Source: a virus | Length of the DNA: 64,000 nucleotides | Reading direction: 5' to 3' (one strand) | IMG/VR virus record: IMGVR_UViG_3300045988_098930 | Shown: piece by piece, positions 28,061 to 36,562 of the stretch | How positions within the stretch are numbered: position 1 is the first letter of the stretch | Layout of the letters: every line of letters begins with the position of its first letter | Made by a program: the position numbers and the translations under genes | The notes under the pieces: generated by a model | The model's input: the letters and a program-made list of their open reading frames with translations, nothing else | What the model was told of the DNA's origin: nothing | The model's database searches: none

Positions 28061-28954
28061 ATGAGTTCTACAACTGAATATGCTGGCTTACTGCTTGTAG
28101 ACCCGTTGGGTGCGGATAGCGCCATGTCGGGCAGCTCTTGGGTGGAGTCACAGGCGGGCATAGCGTCCACCAGCAATATGCAAATTATAGATGCCTTGCT
28201 GAAACAGAAGGCTTCTTTTACTGTAAAAACAGCCGACGAATGGAGCGCAGACACCACCACTATTCTTCGTGCAAATGATTTTGGCGTGGTGTCTGACACA
28301 GGTGAAGTGCGGCGTGGCGACGGTATTCACGCATGGGGTGAATTGACTACATTTGACCCCGGTAATGCCAGTGGCAAGGTGGATAAAGTGCTGGGTGCTG
28401 TCGGTCATTTAGTGCAGTTTGCCAATGACGGTGCAATAGCTGATAGCGGCAAAAAGATAGATGATTTTGCCTCTGCAACGCATACGCATGGCAATTTGAC
28501 CAATGATGGTAAACTCGGTTCTGTGGCAGATCAAGTAGCTGTGACTGATACTGGCGGTGCTTTGATCACTAAATCGGCGGCTGAAATGCGGACTTTGCTG
28601 GATGTGCCGCAAAGCGACAGTAAGCAGGATAAGATAACGGTGCAGGGCATTGTGAAGGGTGACGGTGCAGGCGGCGTGTCTGCGGCTCAAAGTGGTGTAG
28701 ATTTCGCATTGCCTGCTACGCTCTATACTGCTACATTGACTGCGGCGGGTTGGAACAATAAATCTCAAACTGTAAGTGTTGCTGGTGTGACCGCTAATAA
28801 TGTGGTGTTGGTGCAGGCGCAAGCCGATTCCAGTCAGGCGTATCGCGTGGCTAAAGTGATGGCTGATGCTACGCAAGTGGCTGGGCAACTGACATTTAGT
28901 TGCACCACTACGCCTACTGTCGATTTGACCGTTATGATTATTGTGTTGGGTTAG
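28061..28954 (+). CDS. Tail fibre protein
   Basis: N-terminal fibre motif (EWSADTTTILRANDFGVVSDTGEVRRGDGIHAWGEL), THTHGNLTNDGKLG motif, and a C-terminal Ig-like module shared with the next gene. Confidence 0.7.
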   Translation: MSSTTEYAGLLLVDPLGADSAMSGSSWVESQAGIASTSNMQIIDALLKQKASFTVKTADEWSADTTTILRANDFGVVSDTGEVRRGDGIHAWGELTTFDPGNASGKVDKVLGAVGHLVQFANDGAIADSGKKIDDFASATHTHGNLTNDGKLGSVADQVAVTDTGGALITKSAAEMRTLLDVPQSDSKQDKITVQGIVKGDGAGGVSAAQSGVDFALPATLYTATLTAAGWNNKSQTVSVAGVTANNVVLVQAQADSSQAYRVAKVMADATQVAGQLTFSCTTTPTVDLTVMIIVLG

Positions 28955-28964
28955 GGGTGATTGT

Positions 28965-29474
28965 ATGGCTATTGTAAATATAGGGGCTGGTAGCGGCTCT
29001 GAATATGGTGTATACGTTGGTACAGTTGCCCCTACTGACCCCAGCACTACTGTGTGGATTGTGCCAGATGACGAACCGACTACGATTGATGATATAGCGG
29101 CACAGGTAGTGATTAAGCCCACGACTAATACTACATTATCAGGCGTGCTTAAAGGCGCAAATGGTAAGATGGCGCAAGCAGTGGCGGGAACAGATTATCA
29201 AACGCCTTTAACTGCGGGTACGGATTACGCACAGCCGAGTATAACTGTAACGGTTACGTTGTCTGCAACGGGTTGGACTGATAATACGCAAACAGTGGCG
29301 GTGACTGGTGTGACTACTACTAATGCTATAATGATCGCTCCTGCTCCCGTATCTTTTTTAGCGTATTGTGATTCTCAGGTACGGGCAACAGCGCAGGCGG
29401 CTAATGCGCTTACATTCGCTTGCGAAGATGCGCCGACTGAGAATTTGACTGTGAATATTTTGATTATGAGGTGA
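28965..29474 (+). CDS. Tail fibre-associated protein with duplicated C-terminal module
   Basis: ORF track 28941..29474. ATG 28965 lies behind AGGGGTGA. The C-terminus (TVTLSATGWTDNTQTVAVTGVTTTN...LTVNILI) parallels the end of 28061..28954. Confidence 0.55.
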   Translation: MAIVNIGAGSGSEYGVYVGTVAPTDPSTTVWIVPDDEPTTIDDIAAQVVIKPTTNTTLSGVLKGANGKMAQAVAGTDYQTPLTAGTDYAQPSITVTVTLSATGWTDNTQTVAVTGVTTTNAIMIAPAPVSFLAYCDSQVRATAQAANALTFACEDAPTENLTVNILIMR

Positions 29475-29481
29475 TTGAACT

Positions 29482-29772
29482 ATGCTTTTTAATGCAAGTG
29501 ATAGTGGGCCGCGCAATGTTTCTTCCCTCCCCGCCAGCGGCGCGGCACTGACGGCAAATACTATATATAATGCATCTTCTCCTGTTGGTACATATGTATT
29601 CACCCCTCCCGCATCCGGCTGGGCGCATGGCACATTTACTACGGGTAGTAGTGTATCGGTGTCATTTAGTGGCACATTCATTGGCGCGGCCCCGGCAATA
29701 GAGGCAAACAAGACCTATGAATTTGATGTATACAATGGCGTGTGGGCAGTACAGGAGGTTGTGAGCGCATGA
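29482..29772 (+). CDS. Hypothetical fibre-cassette protein
   Basis: 96-aa ORF. Its stop overlaps the next ATG. Confidence 0.4.
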   Translation: MLFNASDSGPRNVSSLPASGAALTANTIYNASSPVGTYVFTPPASGWAHGTFTTGSSVSVSFSGTFIGAAPAIEANKTYEFDVYNGVWAVQEVVSA

Positions 29773-30137
29773 TACCTATGCTACGAAGGAGGCTGATGAG
29801 CAACATGGCAAAGGCGAAAAATATAGCAACGGGAACGATAGATGCGGGAAATTCCCATTTGACAACAATATCAATATCTGCTCAAACAGGCTTTAGACCC
29901 GACCATGTTGCGGTGTTTATAGCGTCAGAGAGGGCGGAATCAGCATTACAATTTCATGTTTTGAGTACATACGATGGCAACGTATTATGTTTTGACATGG
30001 ATACATGGTATATGAACGCATCATCCGTTCAGTTTACTGTGAACGACAGCGGGTTCACGATTGCAAACGTTAAGGTCGGCTCGGATAATCAAGTTTACTT
30101 TACCGGCACTTACCGCTATGTAGCATGGCAAGAATAA
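29769..30137 (+). CDS. Hypothetical fibre-cassette protein (MIPMLRRRLM N-terminus)
   Basis: ORF track 29742..30137. ATG 29769 overlaps the upstream TGA. Confidence 0.45.
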   Translation: MIPMLRRRLMSNMAKAKNIATGTIDAGNSHLTTISISAQTGFRPDHVAVFIASERAESALQFHVLSTYDGNVLCFDMDTWYMNASSVQFTVNDSGFTIANVKVGSDNQVYFTGTYRYVAWQE

Positions 30138-30150
30138 AAAGGAGCATACT

Positions 30151-30195
30151 ATGTGTAAAATAATTCTATCGGGGGGGGCAGCCTCCGTAAAATAA
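30151..30195 (+). CDS. 14-codon leader ORF containing a G8 tract
   Basis: ATG lies 7 nt after AAAGGAG. Translates to MCKIILSGGAASVK*. It sits upstream of an RBS-less gene. Confidence 0.3.
   Translation: MCKIILSGGAASVK
30171..30178 (+). repeat. Homopolymeric G8 tract
   Basis: Read directly: tatcGGGGGGGGcagc. Confidence 0.95.
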
Positions 30196-30211
30196 AAAGC
30201 GCCTACGCGCT

Positions 30212-31105
30212 ATGATACCATTGCAGTTTGCCTTACGGCGCAGAATGATGATGGCAGGGGGAGGCTTACTGCCAAGTGGATTTACCCTCCTTGCGTGGAT
30301 AAAAGGCACAGGTACACAGTACATTGATACCGGGTTTGTGGTTAATAAGTCCGATAACTATGTGTTAGAAATAGACGGGTTATTTCCTTCGCAGGCGCAG
30401 GTGTATCAAGGTTGCAATGGCTATATGCAGTTTTTCACCAGTAGTAAATATGGTATAAGTGGCGATAGCTCTGTTGCAGTTGGTAATCGTAATACCGTGC
30501 GCGTAGAGTACGCTAATCAAACTGAAAAACTCTTTGTAGACGGAGCACAAATAGAGAGTAAACTGTGGTCAGCATACAATGGTTCTAATGTAAAACTTGC
30601 ATTATTACGCATGGGCGATGCCAACAACGGGTGGTACAATGGGGCAGCAGCTCAAGGTACGATATACGGTTATAAGGTGTGGAAGAACAATATCCTTGTT
30701 TCGGAATGTGTACCTTGTATACGTAATAGCGATGGTGCTGCCGGAGTGTATGATGTTATCCGAGAACAGTTTATTACTCCTGTCAACGGTGTGTTTTTGA
30801 CTCCTGATGGCGTCACTTATACGGTTACTACGAACTATATACCGGTTGCCGGACTTGTAACAGTAAACGGTTTAGATCTTCCGGTTAGTAACTCAACCAC
30901 AATTTACGCCGTTCCTTCCGGTGTGACAATCATTCTCCGTGCTCGTAGCGAGAGCACAAGCCAACTGGATATAACCGTGGATGACGTGGTTGTAGCAAGC
31001 GCATCACCGTTTCAGAGTGTCAGCTATACGTATGCCGTTACTAAAAACTGCACTGTACACGTATCCAATTCGGCAGCCGGCCAACGCTCATGGATAACAA
31101 CGTAA
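30212..31105 (+). CDS. Putative receptor-binding / fibre-like protein (MIPLQFALRRRMMM N-terminus)
   Basis: 297-aa ORF. No Shine-Dalgarno is visible in the 20 nt before the ATG. Confidence 0.5.
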   Translation: MIPLQFALRRRMMMAGGGLLPSGFTLLAWIKGTGTQYIDTGFVVNKSDNYVLEIDGLFPSQAQVYQGCNGYMQFFTSSKYGISGDSSVAVGNRNTVRVEYANQTEKLFVDGAQIESKLWSAYNGSNVKLALLRMGDANNGWYNGAAAQGTIYGYKVWKNNILVSECVPCIRNSDGAAGVYDVIREQFITPVNGVFLTPDGVTYTVTTNYIPVAGLVTVNGLDLPVSNSTTIYAVPSGVTIILRARSESTSQLDITVDDVVVASASPFQSVSYTYAVTKNCTVHVSNSAAGQRSWITT

Positions 31106-31124
31106 TATGTAAAGGAGCAATACA

Positions 31125-31460
31125 ATGCTAAACACAAACTATGCCAAGCTGGCGGGCGGGTATCCCGAATATTTACGCCTGCCGGTTGAGTTGCAATCGC
31201 CGCTTATAATCAACGGTGTGACGCACCCCGCAGGGGCGCACCTCTCCACCAATGACGATGCGGCAATAAAGGAGATAGGCTATAAGCCCGTGATCCGTTC
31301 CCCCATGCCCTCAAAGGAGGGCTTTTATTATACCGAAGTGTGGGAGGACAGCGGCGAAGCGATAGTCCAGAGCTGGACGGAGCATGAGGCGCAGGCCACC
31401 ACGCAGGACTATATAGACGCGCTTGCGGAGCTGGGGGTGAATGTGAATGACGCGCAGTGA
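31125..31460 (+). CDS. Hypothetical protein in the GC-rich insert
   Basis: 111 aa, AAAGGAGCA RBS. Composition shifts sharply GC-rich just after the start. Confidence 0.5.
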   Translation: MLNTNYAKLAGGYPEYLRLPVELQSPLIINGVTHPAGAHLSTNDDAAIKEIGYKPVIRSPMPSKEGFYYTEVWEDSGEAIVQSWTEHEAQATTQDYIDALAELGVNVNDAQ

Positions 31461-31860
31461 ACTTATGGCGCTGGTAGCCGTGCGTAAAGCGGAAATCGAG
31501 GCGCACGAGACCGACCTTGTAGAGGTGCTGACGGCGGCGCGGGCGGGGCTTACCCCCACCCCCACGCAGGGCGCACCGTGGGACGCTGAAACCCGCTATA
31601 TAGCCGGGGATACCGTTGAGGGATATGTCGCCCTCAAATACAGCCGCAATAAGCCCCCTGCCGAAAACCTCGGCACATATTGGGCGGTGCAGACCGTGAC
31701 CTATCCCGCGTGGGGCGACATCGAGGACGGCACGGTGATTGAGGTAGACACCATAGTGACCTACAACGGCAAAACGTGGCAATGCACCGAGCAGCACATC
31801 AAGTCCACCGTTTACAAGCCCAAGGCCGGCAGTACCAAGTGGACGGAGATCGCAAGTTAG
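31447..31860 (+). CDS. Hypothetical protein with C-terminal CBM5/12-like carbohydrate-binding motif
   Basis: The C-terminus VTYNGKTWQCTEQHIKSTVYKPKAGSTKWTEI matches the aromatic/Gly pattern of chitin-binding type-3 domains. Confidence 0.5.
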   Translation: MTRSELMALVAVRKAEIEAHETDLVEVLTAARAGLTPTPTQGAPWDAETRYIAGDTVEGYVALKYSRNKPPAENLGTYWAVQTVTYPAWGDIEDGTVIEVDTIVTYNGKTWQCTEQHIKSTVYKPKAGSTKWTEIAS

Positions 31861-31872
31861 CGGGGTGATTAT

Positions 31873-32247
31873 GTGTCAATTATGAAAATCAAAGATGCCG
31901 TTACCGGCGACTGGCAAGAAGTAATAGCGCTTCAGGGACCACCCGGAATCTTTACTCGTAATACTTATACGGAAAGCCCAACTACCATAACATTAGCCGA
32001 TGCCAACGAGTATTATCTTACCAATGTTTCTAATATAGAATTTTTGTGGCCGTCCAACCAATATTTTGAGTGTTGGGTCACATTAACCCTATCCAATGAG
32101 GCCGATCATATCATTGCCTTTCCAGAAGATATGCGTCAAATTGGTGATACGCCTCATTGGAATACTCCGGGTGCAACTTTTGAAATCTCCATTAAAGATA
32201 AAATTGCGATATTTAAGAAAGTAGTTGAACCTAACGTTGCAACTTAA
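31873..32247 (+). CDS. Hypothetical fibre-cassette protein
   Basis: 124-aa ORF (GTG 31873 or ATG 31882). Confidence 0.4.
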   Translation: MSIMKIKDAVTGDWQEVIALQGPPGIFTRNTYTESPTTITLADANEYYLTNVSNIEFLWPSNQYFECWVTLTLSNEADHIIAFPEDMRQIGDTPHWNTPGATFEISIKDKIAIFKKVVEPNVAT

Positions 32248-32259
32248 AGGCATTAACTT

Positions 32260-32640
32260 ATGGATAGACGTTTTTTTAAACAACGTAGAATGTTATTGCT
32301 CCCAAGTGTAAATTTAACTATCACATTAACCGGCACATGGGATAATTCTGGAACATTTGGCGAATGTTATGTGAAGATTAACAATGAGATAATTACCGAA
32401 AACGGAGTTTATACCGTTTGGGAAGGTGATATTGTAATTTTGCATACAAAGATAAGCCCCATCATGGGCGGAAGCGAGAATTACGGTATATTTGTGAATA
32501 ACAAGTGCGTGAGGACAGCGGCAAACTGCGTAAATCACGGCCCGGACTATGGATATACCGTCACGCAAAACTGTACGATAAATGGTCAGGGCAATGTACA
32601 CGCAAGGGGCGGCTATGCCAGGATAGACGTCACGACTTAA
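32260..32640 (+). CDS. Hypothetical fibre-cassette protein (MDRRFFKQRRMLLL N-terminus)
   Basis: 126-aa ORF with a basic N-terminal motif like those of 29769 and 30212. Confidence 0.4.
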   Translation: MDRRFFKQRRMLLLPSVNLTITLTGTWDNSGTFGECYVKINNEIITENGVYTVWEGDIVILHTKISPIMGGSENYGIFVNNKCVRTAANCVNHGPDYGYTVTQNCTINGQGNVHARGGYARIDVTT

Positions 32641-32676
32641 TATCAATGTTTTTATGAATGTAAGAAAGGAACTCAA

Positions 32677-33510
32677 ATGAAGAAAATTGTAGCAATAATT
32701 GTAACTCTGATGATGATACTTGCGATGAGCTGTGCGTTTGCTTTCGATTGGAGCAATGTCACTGTGCAGTCTGCGGGTTGCGACAAATACAATGTTGTGC
32801 TGTACAAGCTGGAACGTGTTGAGGGAATCAATGGCGACTTCTTCCGCATAGCAACTAATAGCACCGCTAAGATTGGTGATACCGTATACTTTGGCGGCTA
32901 TGCTGTGGGCGAGAACTCTGTGCAGGCGTTTGCCAATGCGTTTCTAATGGAGGACTATAAGCTGATTGATCTGGCTCGTATAACCGAGGTTACTACTACC
33001 AAGTTCGAGGAGGATGCCGTTGGTGGTATCACTACCCCCATCTTCTCTGCTAAAGTTATCGGCAATGACCCCACCGTTAAGGTTGTGCTGAAGTCCGGCA
33101 ATGATGTAACCGAATGTACCTATAAGGGCCAGCAGATTGTTGCTTCTGCCGACGCTACGCAGGTTAAGTTAGGCGATTTTACTTTTGTCCGCAATCTGGC
33201 TAATGGCATGGTCAGCGAAGTGTATTACGATCAAAACAAACTGGACAAAGCTCTGATGACTGCCGCCGACTATGAGAAGGCAATAGCGGCTCTTAGCGTA
33301 CTGAATATTACCATAACTGATGTTGAGAATCTGACAATTTGCATGAGCAACGATAACATCATTAAGAATTTCGGTAATTATTGCGAAACCACCAAGTCTA
33401 TCTGCTGGGGTGCGAAGTGCAAGGTAGAAATCGCTACTATGGAGATTCCTAAGACTGGTGATATGCCCTTGTGGGTAGAGATACTGAACTTCCTCGGTAT
33501 CGAACTGTAA
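32677..33510 (+). CDS. Secreted protein with N-terminal signal peptide
   Basis: MKKIVAIIVTLMMILAMSCAFAFD signal-like N-terminus, own RBS (AAGAAAGGAAC), and its own terminator downstream. Confidence 0.6.
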   Translation: MKKIVAIIVTLMMILAMSCAFAFDWSNVTVQSAGCDKYNVVLYKLERVEGINGDFFRIATNSTAKIGDTVYFGGYAVGENSVQAFANAFLMEDYKLIDLARITEVTTTKFEEDAVGGITTPIFSAKVIGNDPTVKVVLKSGNDVTECTYKGQQIVASADATQVKLGDFTFVRNLANGMVSEVYYDQNKLDKALMTAADYEKAIAALSVLNITITDVENLTICMSNDNIIKNFGNYCETTKSICWGAKCKVEIATMEIPKTGDMPLWVEILNFLGIEL

Positions 33511-33525
33511 GTTATCGAATAATCA

Positions 33526-33556
33526 GGCGGGTGTCTTATGAGATGCCCGCTTTTTA
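33526..33556 (+). terminator. Rho-independent terminator
   Basis: GCGGGTGTC / GATGCCCGC stem (two G.U pairs), then TTTTTATTTT. Confidence 0.6.
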
Positions 33557-33578
33557 TTTTGCCGCAAAGGAGGTTCCT

Positions 33579-34622
33579 GTGAACGCGAAAGTATACAATC
33601 AAACGATGCGTAATGCGTTTCACGCCAAGGGCTATAAGGGTAAACATATCATTTTTGCCGTTATAGACAGCGGTGTAAATCCTGTGGGCTGGCTCAAGGG
33701 GAAGGTACGGTATTCATCCTTATTCCCCGCCACAGACACAAATGGACATGGCACATTTGTAGCTGGGCAGCTCATTGAATGGTGTCCTGAAGCTGCTGTT
33801 CTGTCCTACAACGTATTGCCTAATGGCACTGGCAAAGTGTCTGACACCAATGCCGCTTTAGCCGACATTCTGAAACGTGTTAAGGCTGACACTTCACACC
33901 AATATATAGTCAATATGTCTTTAGGTGGTGGCGGCAGTGCCGTGAATCCGTCCATTGTGCAACAGGGCAAACTCATCTCCCAGCTTGTTGATGAAAATGT
34001 GCCGGTGTGTGTGTCGGCTGGCAATGATGGCAAGGAAGCGAAGTTGGATGTTTGGCCGAGTTGTTTTCACGACCCTGTGTGTGTCGCCGCTATTAACGAC
34101 AATGGCGCAAAAGCCAATTTCAGTACATGGCACAACGAGATGGATGTTGCCGATGCTGGCGTATCTATTAAGGGATTAAGCTACACTGGTGCGTCTGGCG
34201 TATATATGTCTGGCACTTCTATGTCTGCGCCTAATGCGGCAGGCAAGATCGGTTTGATTATGAGCAAGTATTATACCGACAATGGAGATTGGCCTTCGGA
34301 GCCTGCGGTGTATGACACGCTCAAGAATAACTGCATTGACCTTCACAAAAAGGGCTATGACCCCTATACCGGTTATGGCTTTGTTTATATGGATGGCTCA
34401 GTGGGTGTACAAGCAACATACGGCATTTGCGCCAAGACGACTGGCAATGTGCGACTTCGCCAAGGGGCAAGCACTCTTACCGCTTCTCTGGCGGTTGTGC
34501 CTAAAGGTACACCTATTATTGTTTGCGCCCATAATGCAGGCTGGCACAAATGCACGGCGTTTATCGGTGGCAAATGTGTAGTCGGGTATATGAGTACCAA
34601 ATATGTGAAGGAGGTGAAATAA
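33579..34622 (+). CDS. Subtilisin-like (S8) serine peptidase with C-terminal SH3b-like domain
   Basis: ORF track 33471..34622. GTG 33579 lies 7 nt after AAGGAGG. Asp/His/Ser triad contexts are AVIDSGV, NGHGTFVAG and GTSMSAPNAAG. The C-terminus resembles the SH3b tail of the next gene. Confidence 0.75.
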   Translation: MNAKVYNQTMRNAFHAKGYKGKHIIFAVIDSGVNPVGWLKGKVRYSSLFPATDTNGHGTFVAGQLIEWCPEAAVLSYNVLPNGTGKVSDTNAALADILKRVKADTSHQYIVNMSLGGGGSAVNPSIVQQGKLISQLVDENVPVCVSAGNDGKEAKLDVWPSCFHDPVCVAAINDNGAKANFSTWHNEMDVADAGVSIKGLSYTGASGVYMSGTSMSAPNAAGKIGLIMSKYYTDNGDWPSEPAVYDTLKNNCIDLHKKGYDPYTGYGFVYMDGSVGVQATYGICAKTTGNVRLRQGASTLTASLAVVPKGTPIIVCAHNAGWHKCTAFIGGKCVVGYMSTKYVKEVK

Positions 34623-35438
34623 GTGTACGACGTAACGAAGTTTATAGAATTTGCTTTGAGCCATGCCAAACGTGCGTCTGTGCCGGAAGGGGCTAAACTG
34701 CTTGTACCGCTTAATAAGGTAGGCGTTGCCGGTGAATGGGAATACCTCTTTGGCACTACTGGCATTGTTTGCACTCAGTCGAAACTCGACCAGAAGTGGC
34801 GCACATATTACAAGCCTAATGGTTGGACGCTGGCTAACTATAAGGCAGCTACTAAGAATTGGGTGGCCGAAAAGCGTATTGTGTGTGACTGTCAGGGTTT
34901 GTGTGACTATTTCCTTAAAAATGACACCAACGCTAAAGGCAACTACGCTCGATATTGCACCGCCAAGGGTTCCACTAAGACTATTACACGCAAATACGTT
35001 ATTGGCGAAGCGGTCTTTAAGGGGTCTGCTCCCGGCTCCATTACCCATGTAGGTTGGATATGCGGATTTATGCCTGATGGCGAACCGCTGGTGGTTGAGG
35101 AAAAGGGGCTTAAATATGGCTGTGTAGTTACTCGCCTGTCTCAAACTGCATGGACTTATCGTGGCTTAATGACTAAGAAGTTTAAATACGAGAATGTGCC
35201 GAGTGAATCGGCCACGCCCTCCATGCCTGTTAAGGATACCACTTATCACGGTCAGATTATGGGTAATGTTTATCTCCGTACTGCTCCCAGCGTCACTTCC
35301 TCAAAAGTGATGGTGCTGCGTAAGGGCATGAGGGTTCTGGCTACTCCTTACAATAACGAATGGGCGCAGGTAGCAACGTATGTGAATGGTATATCCCGTA
35401 CTGGCTACGCCTCGATGAAGTATATAAAAGAGTTATGA
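34623..35438 (+). CDS. Endolysin: NlpC/P60-type endopeptidase with C-terminal SH3b domain
   Basis: Cys motif DCQGLCDY, His in ITHVGWI, and a C-terminal GNVYLRTAPS...GYASMKYIKEL SH3b-like segment. Sits next to holin-like genes. Confidence 0.7.
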   Translation: MYDVTKFIEFALSHAKRASVPEGAKLLVPLNKVGVAGEWEYLFGTTGIVCTQSKLDQKWRTYYKPNGWTLANYKAATKNWVAEKRIVCDCQGLCDYFLKNDTNAKGNYARYCTAKGSTKTITRKYVIGEAVFKGSAPGSITHVGWICGFMPDGEPLVVEEKGLKYGCVVTRLSQTAWTYRGLMTKKFKYENVPSESATPSMPVKDTTYHGQIMGNVYLRTAPSVTSSKVMVLRKGMRVLATPYNNEWAQVATYVNGISRTGYASMKYIKEL

Positions 35439-35722
35439 AAATTCCACGACTAAATCAAAGATTTGCTACCAAGTGCCTGATATTTATTGCCATTTTCCTA
35501 TGTGTTTTTACTGTGCTACAATATGCCAGCTTTATGATTACCGGCATGGAACAGACACAACTTATTGAGTCTGTCTTTACGGTGATCGGCTTAGAGTGCG
35601 GCTGTCTGATACTCAAACGTATATGCGATGTGGTATTTAAGAAAAAGAAAACGCAGGATGAAGTGCCTGAATTTGAGGATTTCCCCGATATGAACGATGA
35701 CGGTGAGGATATAGCCGGTTAG
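35435..35722 (+). CDS. Putative holin (two TM segments, acidic C-terminus)
   Basis: ORF track 35360..35722. ATG 35435 overlaps the endolysin stop (ATGA). Two hydrophobic stretches and a charged tail. Confidence 0.55.
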   Translation: MKIPRLNQRFATKCLIFIAIFLCVFTVLQYASFMITGMEQTQLIESVFTVIGLECGCLILKRICDVVFKKKKTQDEVPEFEDFPDMNDDGEDIAG

Positions 35723-35733
35723 AAAGGAATGTT

Positions 35734-36126
35734 ATGAGTATAGATTGGACTACTATTATTGCGACAGCGCTGGAATCGCTAATACCCCTTGTAATGACTG
35801 TGCTGTTTTATCTGGCACTGCGCTGGCTGAAAAGCAGGGGTGCAACCAGCGACCAGATACAGTTAGCTACTGAGGCTTGGAAAATATTCCAGAGCTGTGT
35901 GCTAAGTGTAAATCAAACCTTTGTTGACGTGCTAAAGGAACAGGGCGCGTTCGATGAGCACGCACAGGAGCTTGCCCGTATTAAGTGCAAGGAACAGTTT
36001 GAGCTACTTATTTCTGAGGAAATGAAGCTGGCTATCAATGCGCTGTACGGTTCTCTTGACGCATGGATAGATGCCAACCGTGAGGCAATGGTTTGGCAGG
36101 CAAAGCAGGATAAGAAAACTGCATAA
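35734..36126 (+). CDS. Membrane protein, holin-like (single N-terminal TM)
   Basis: 130 aa, N-terminal hydrophobic helix (IIATALESLIPLVMTVLFYLAL), in the lysis module. Confidence 0.45.
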   Translation: MSIDWTTIIATALESLIPLVMTVLFYLALRWLKSRGATSDQIQLATEAWKIFQSCVLSVNQTFVDVLKEQGAFDEHAQELARIKCKEQFELLISEEMKLAINALYGSLDAWIDANREAMVWQAKQDKKTA

Positions 36127-36141
36127 TGAGAGGAGGTCTGT

Positions 36142-36558
36142 ATGGCCGAACAATTATCCATAGCTATATATAGCGGCATTGGTGTGGCCGCTGTAGTAGC
36201 TATTAAAGAAGTCATTATGTGGTGCTTAAACCGCAAGGCCCACAAAGAAGATGCGGAAGCGCAGTCTGCGAGTGACACTCTGGAAAACAAACTGGACCAA
36301 CTGCAAACAGATGTTACGACACTGACCACTACCATGGTCGCGTTTGGCGAAGCACAGAAACGGCAAGACGCAGGGCTAATAGAGATGTTGTCCTGCAATA
36401 TTGACCACTTATGCGATAAATACATTCTACGCAATGGCGTGCGCGTGTCAGAATTGGCGGCGTTAGAGCGTATGTATGAAGCGTATCATAGGTTAGGTGG
36501 CAACGGATACTTAACTCATCTGATGGAACGTGTGCGGACACTGCCCATAATCTCCTAA
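36142..36558 (+). CDS. Membrane-anchored hypothetical protein
   Basis: 138 aa, N-terminal hydrophobic helix, last plus-strand gene. Confidence 0.45.
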   Translation: MAEQLSIAIYSGIGVAAVVAIKEVIMWCLNRKAHKEDAEAQSASDTLENKLDQLQTDVTTLTTTMVAFGEAQKRQDAGLIEMLSCNIDHLCDKYILRNGVRVSELAALERMYEAYHRLGGNGYLTHLMERVRTLPIIS

Positions 36559-36562
36559 ATAC

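Noticed and set aside
30151-30214. Direct in-frame fusion of the G8 leader ORF to gene 30212 by a plus-or-minus one G change.
   Set aside because: G7 puts the leader in the gene's frame but hits TAA at 30188-30190. G9 ends at TGA 30213-30215. No tract length gives a fusion, so only coupling is plausible.
22000-33500. Additional DGR variable repeats in the plus-strand tail-fibre genes.
   Set aside because: Scanning the translated fibre ORFs found no WLRS...GVALGF-like C-terminus and no match to the TR.
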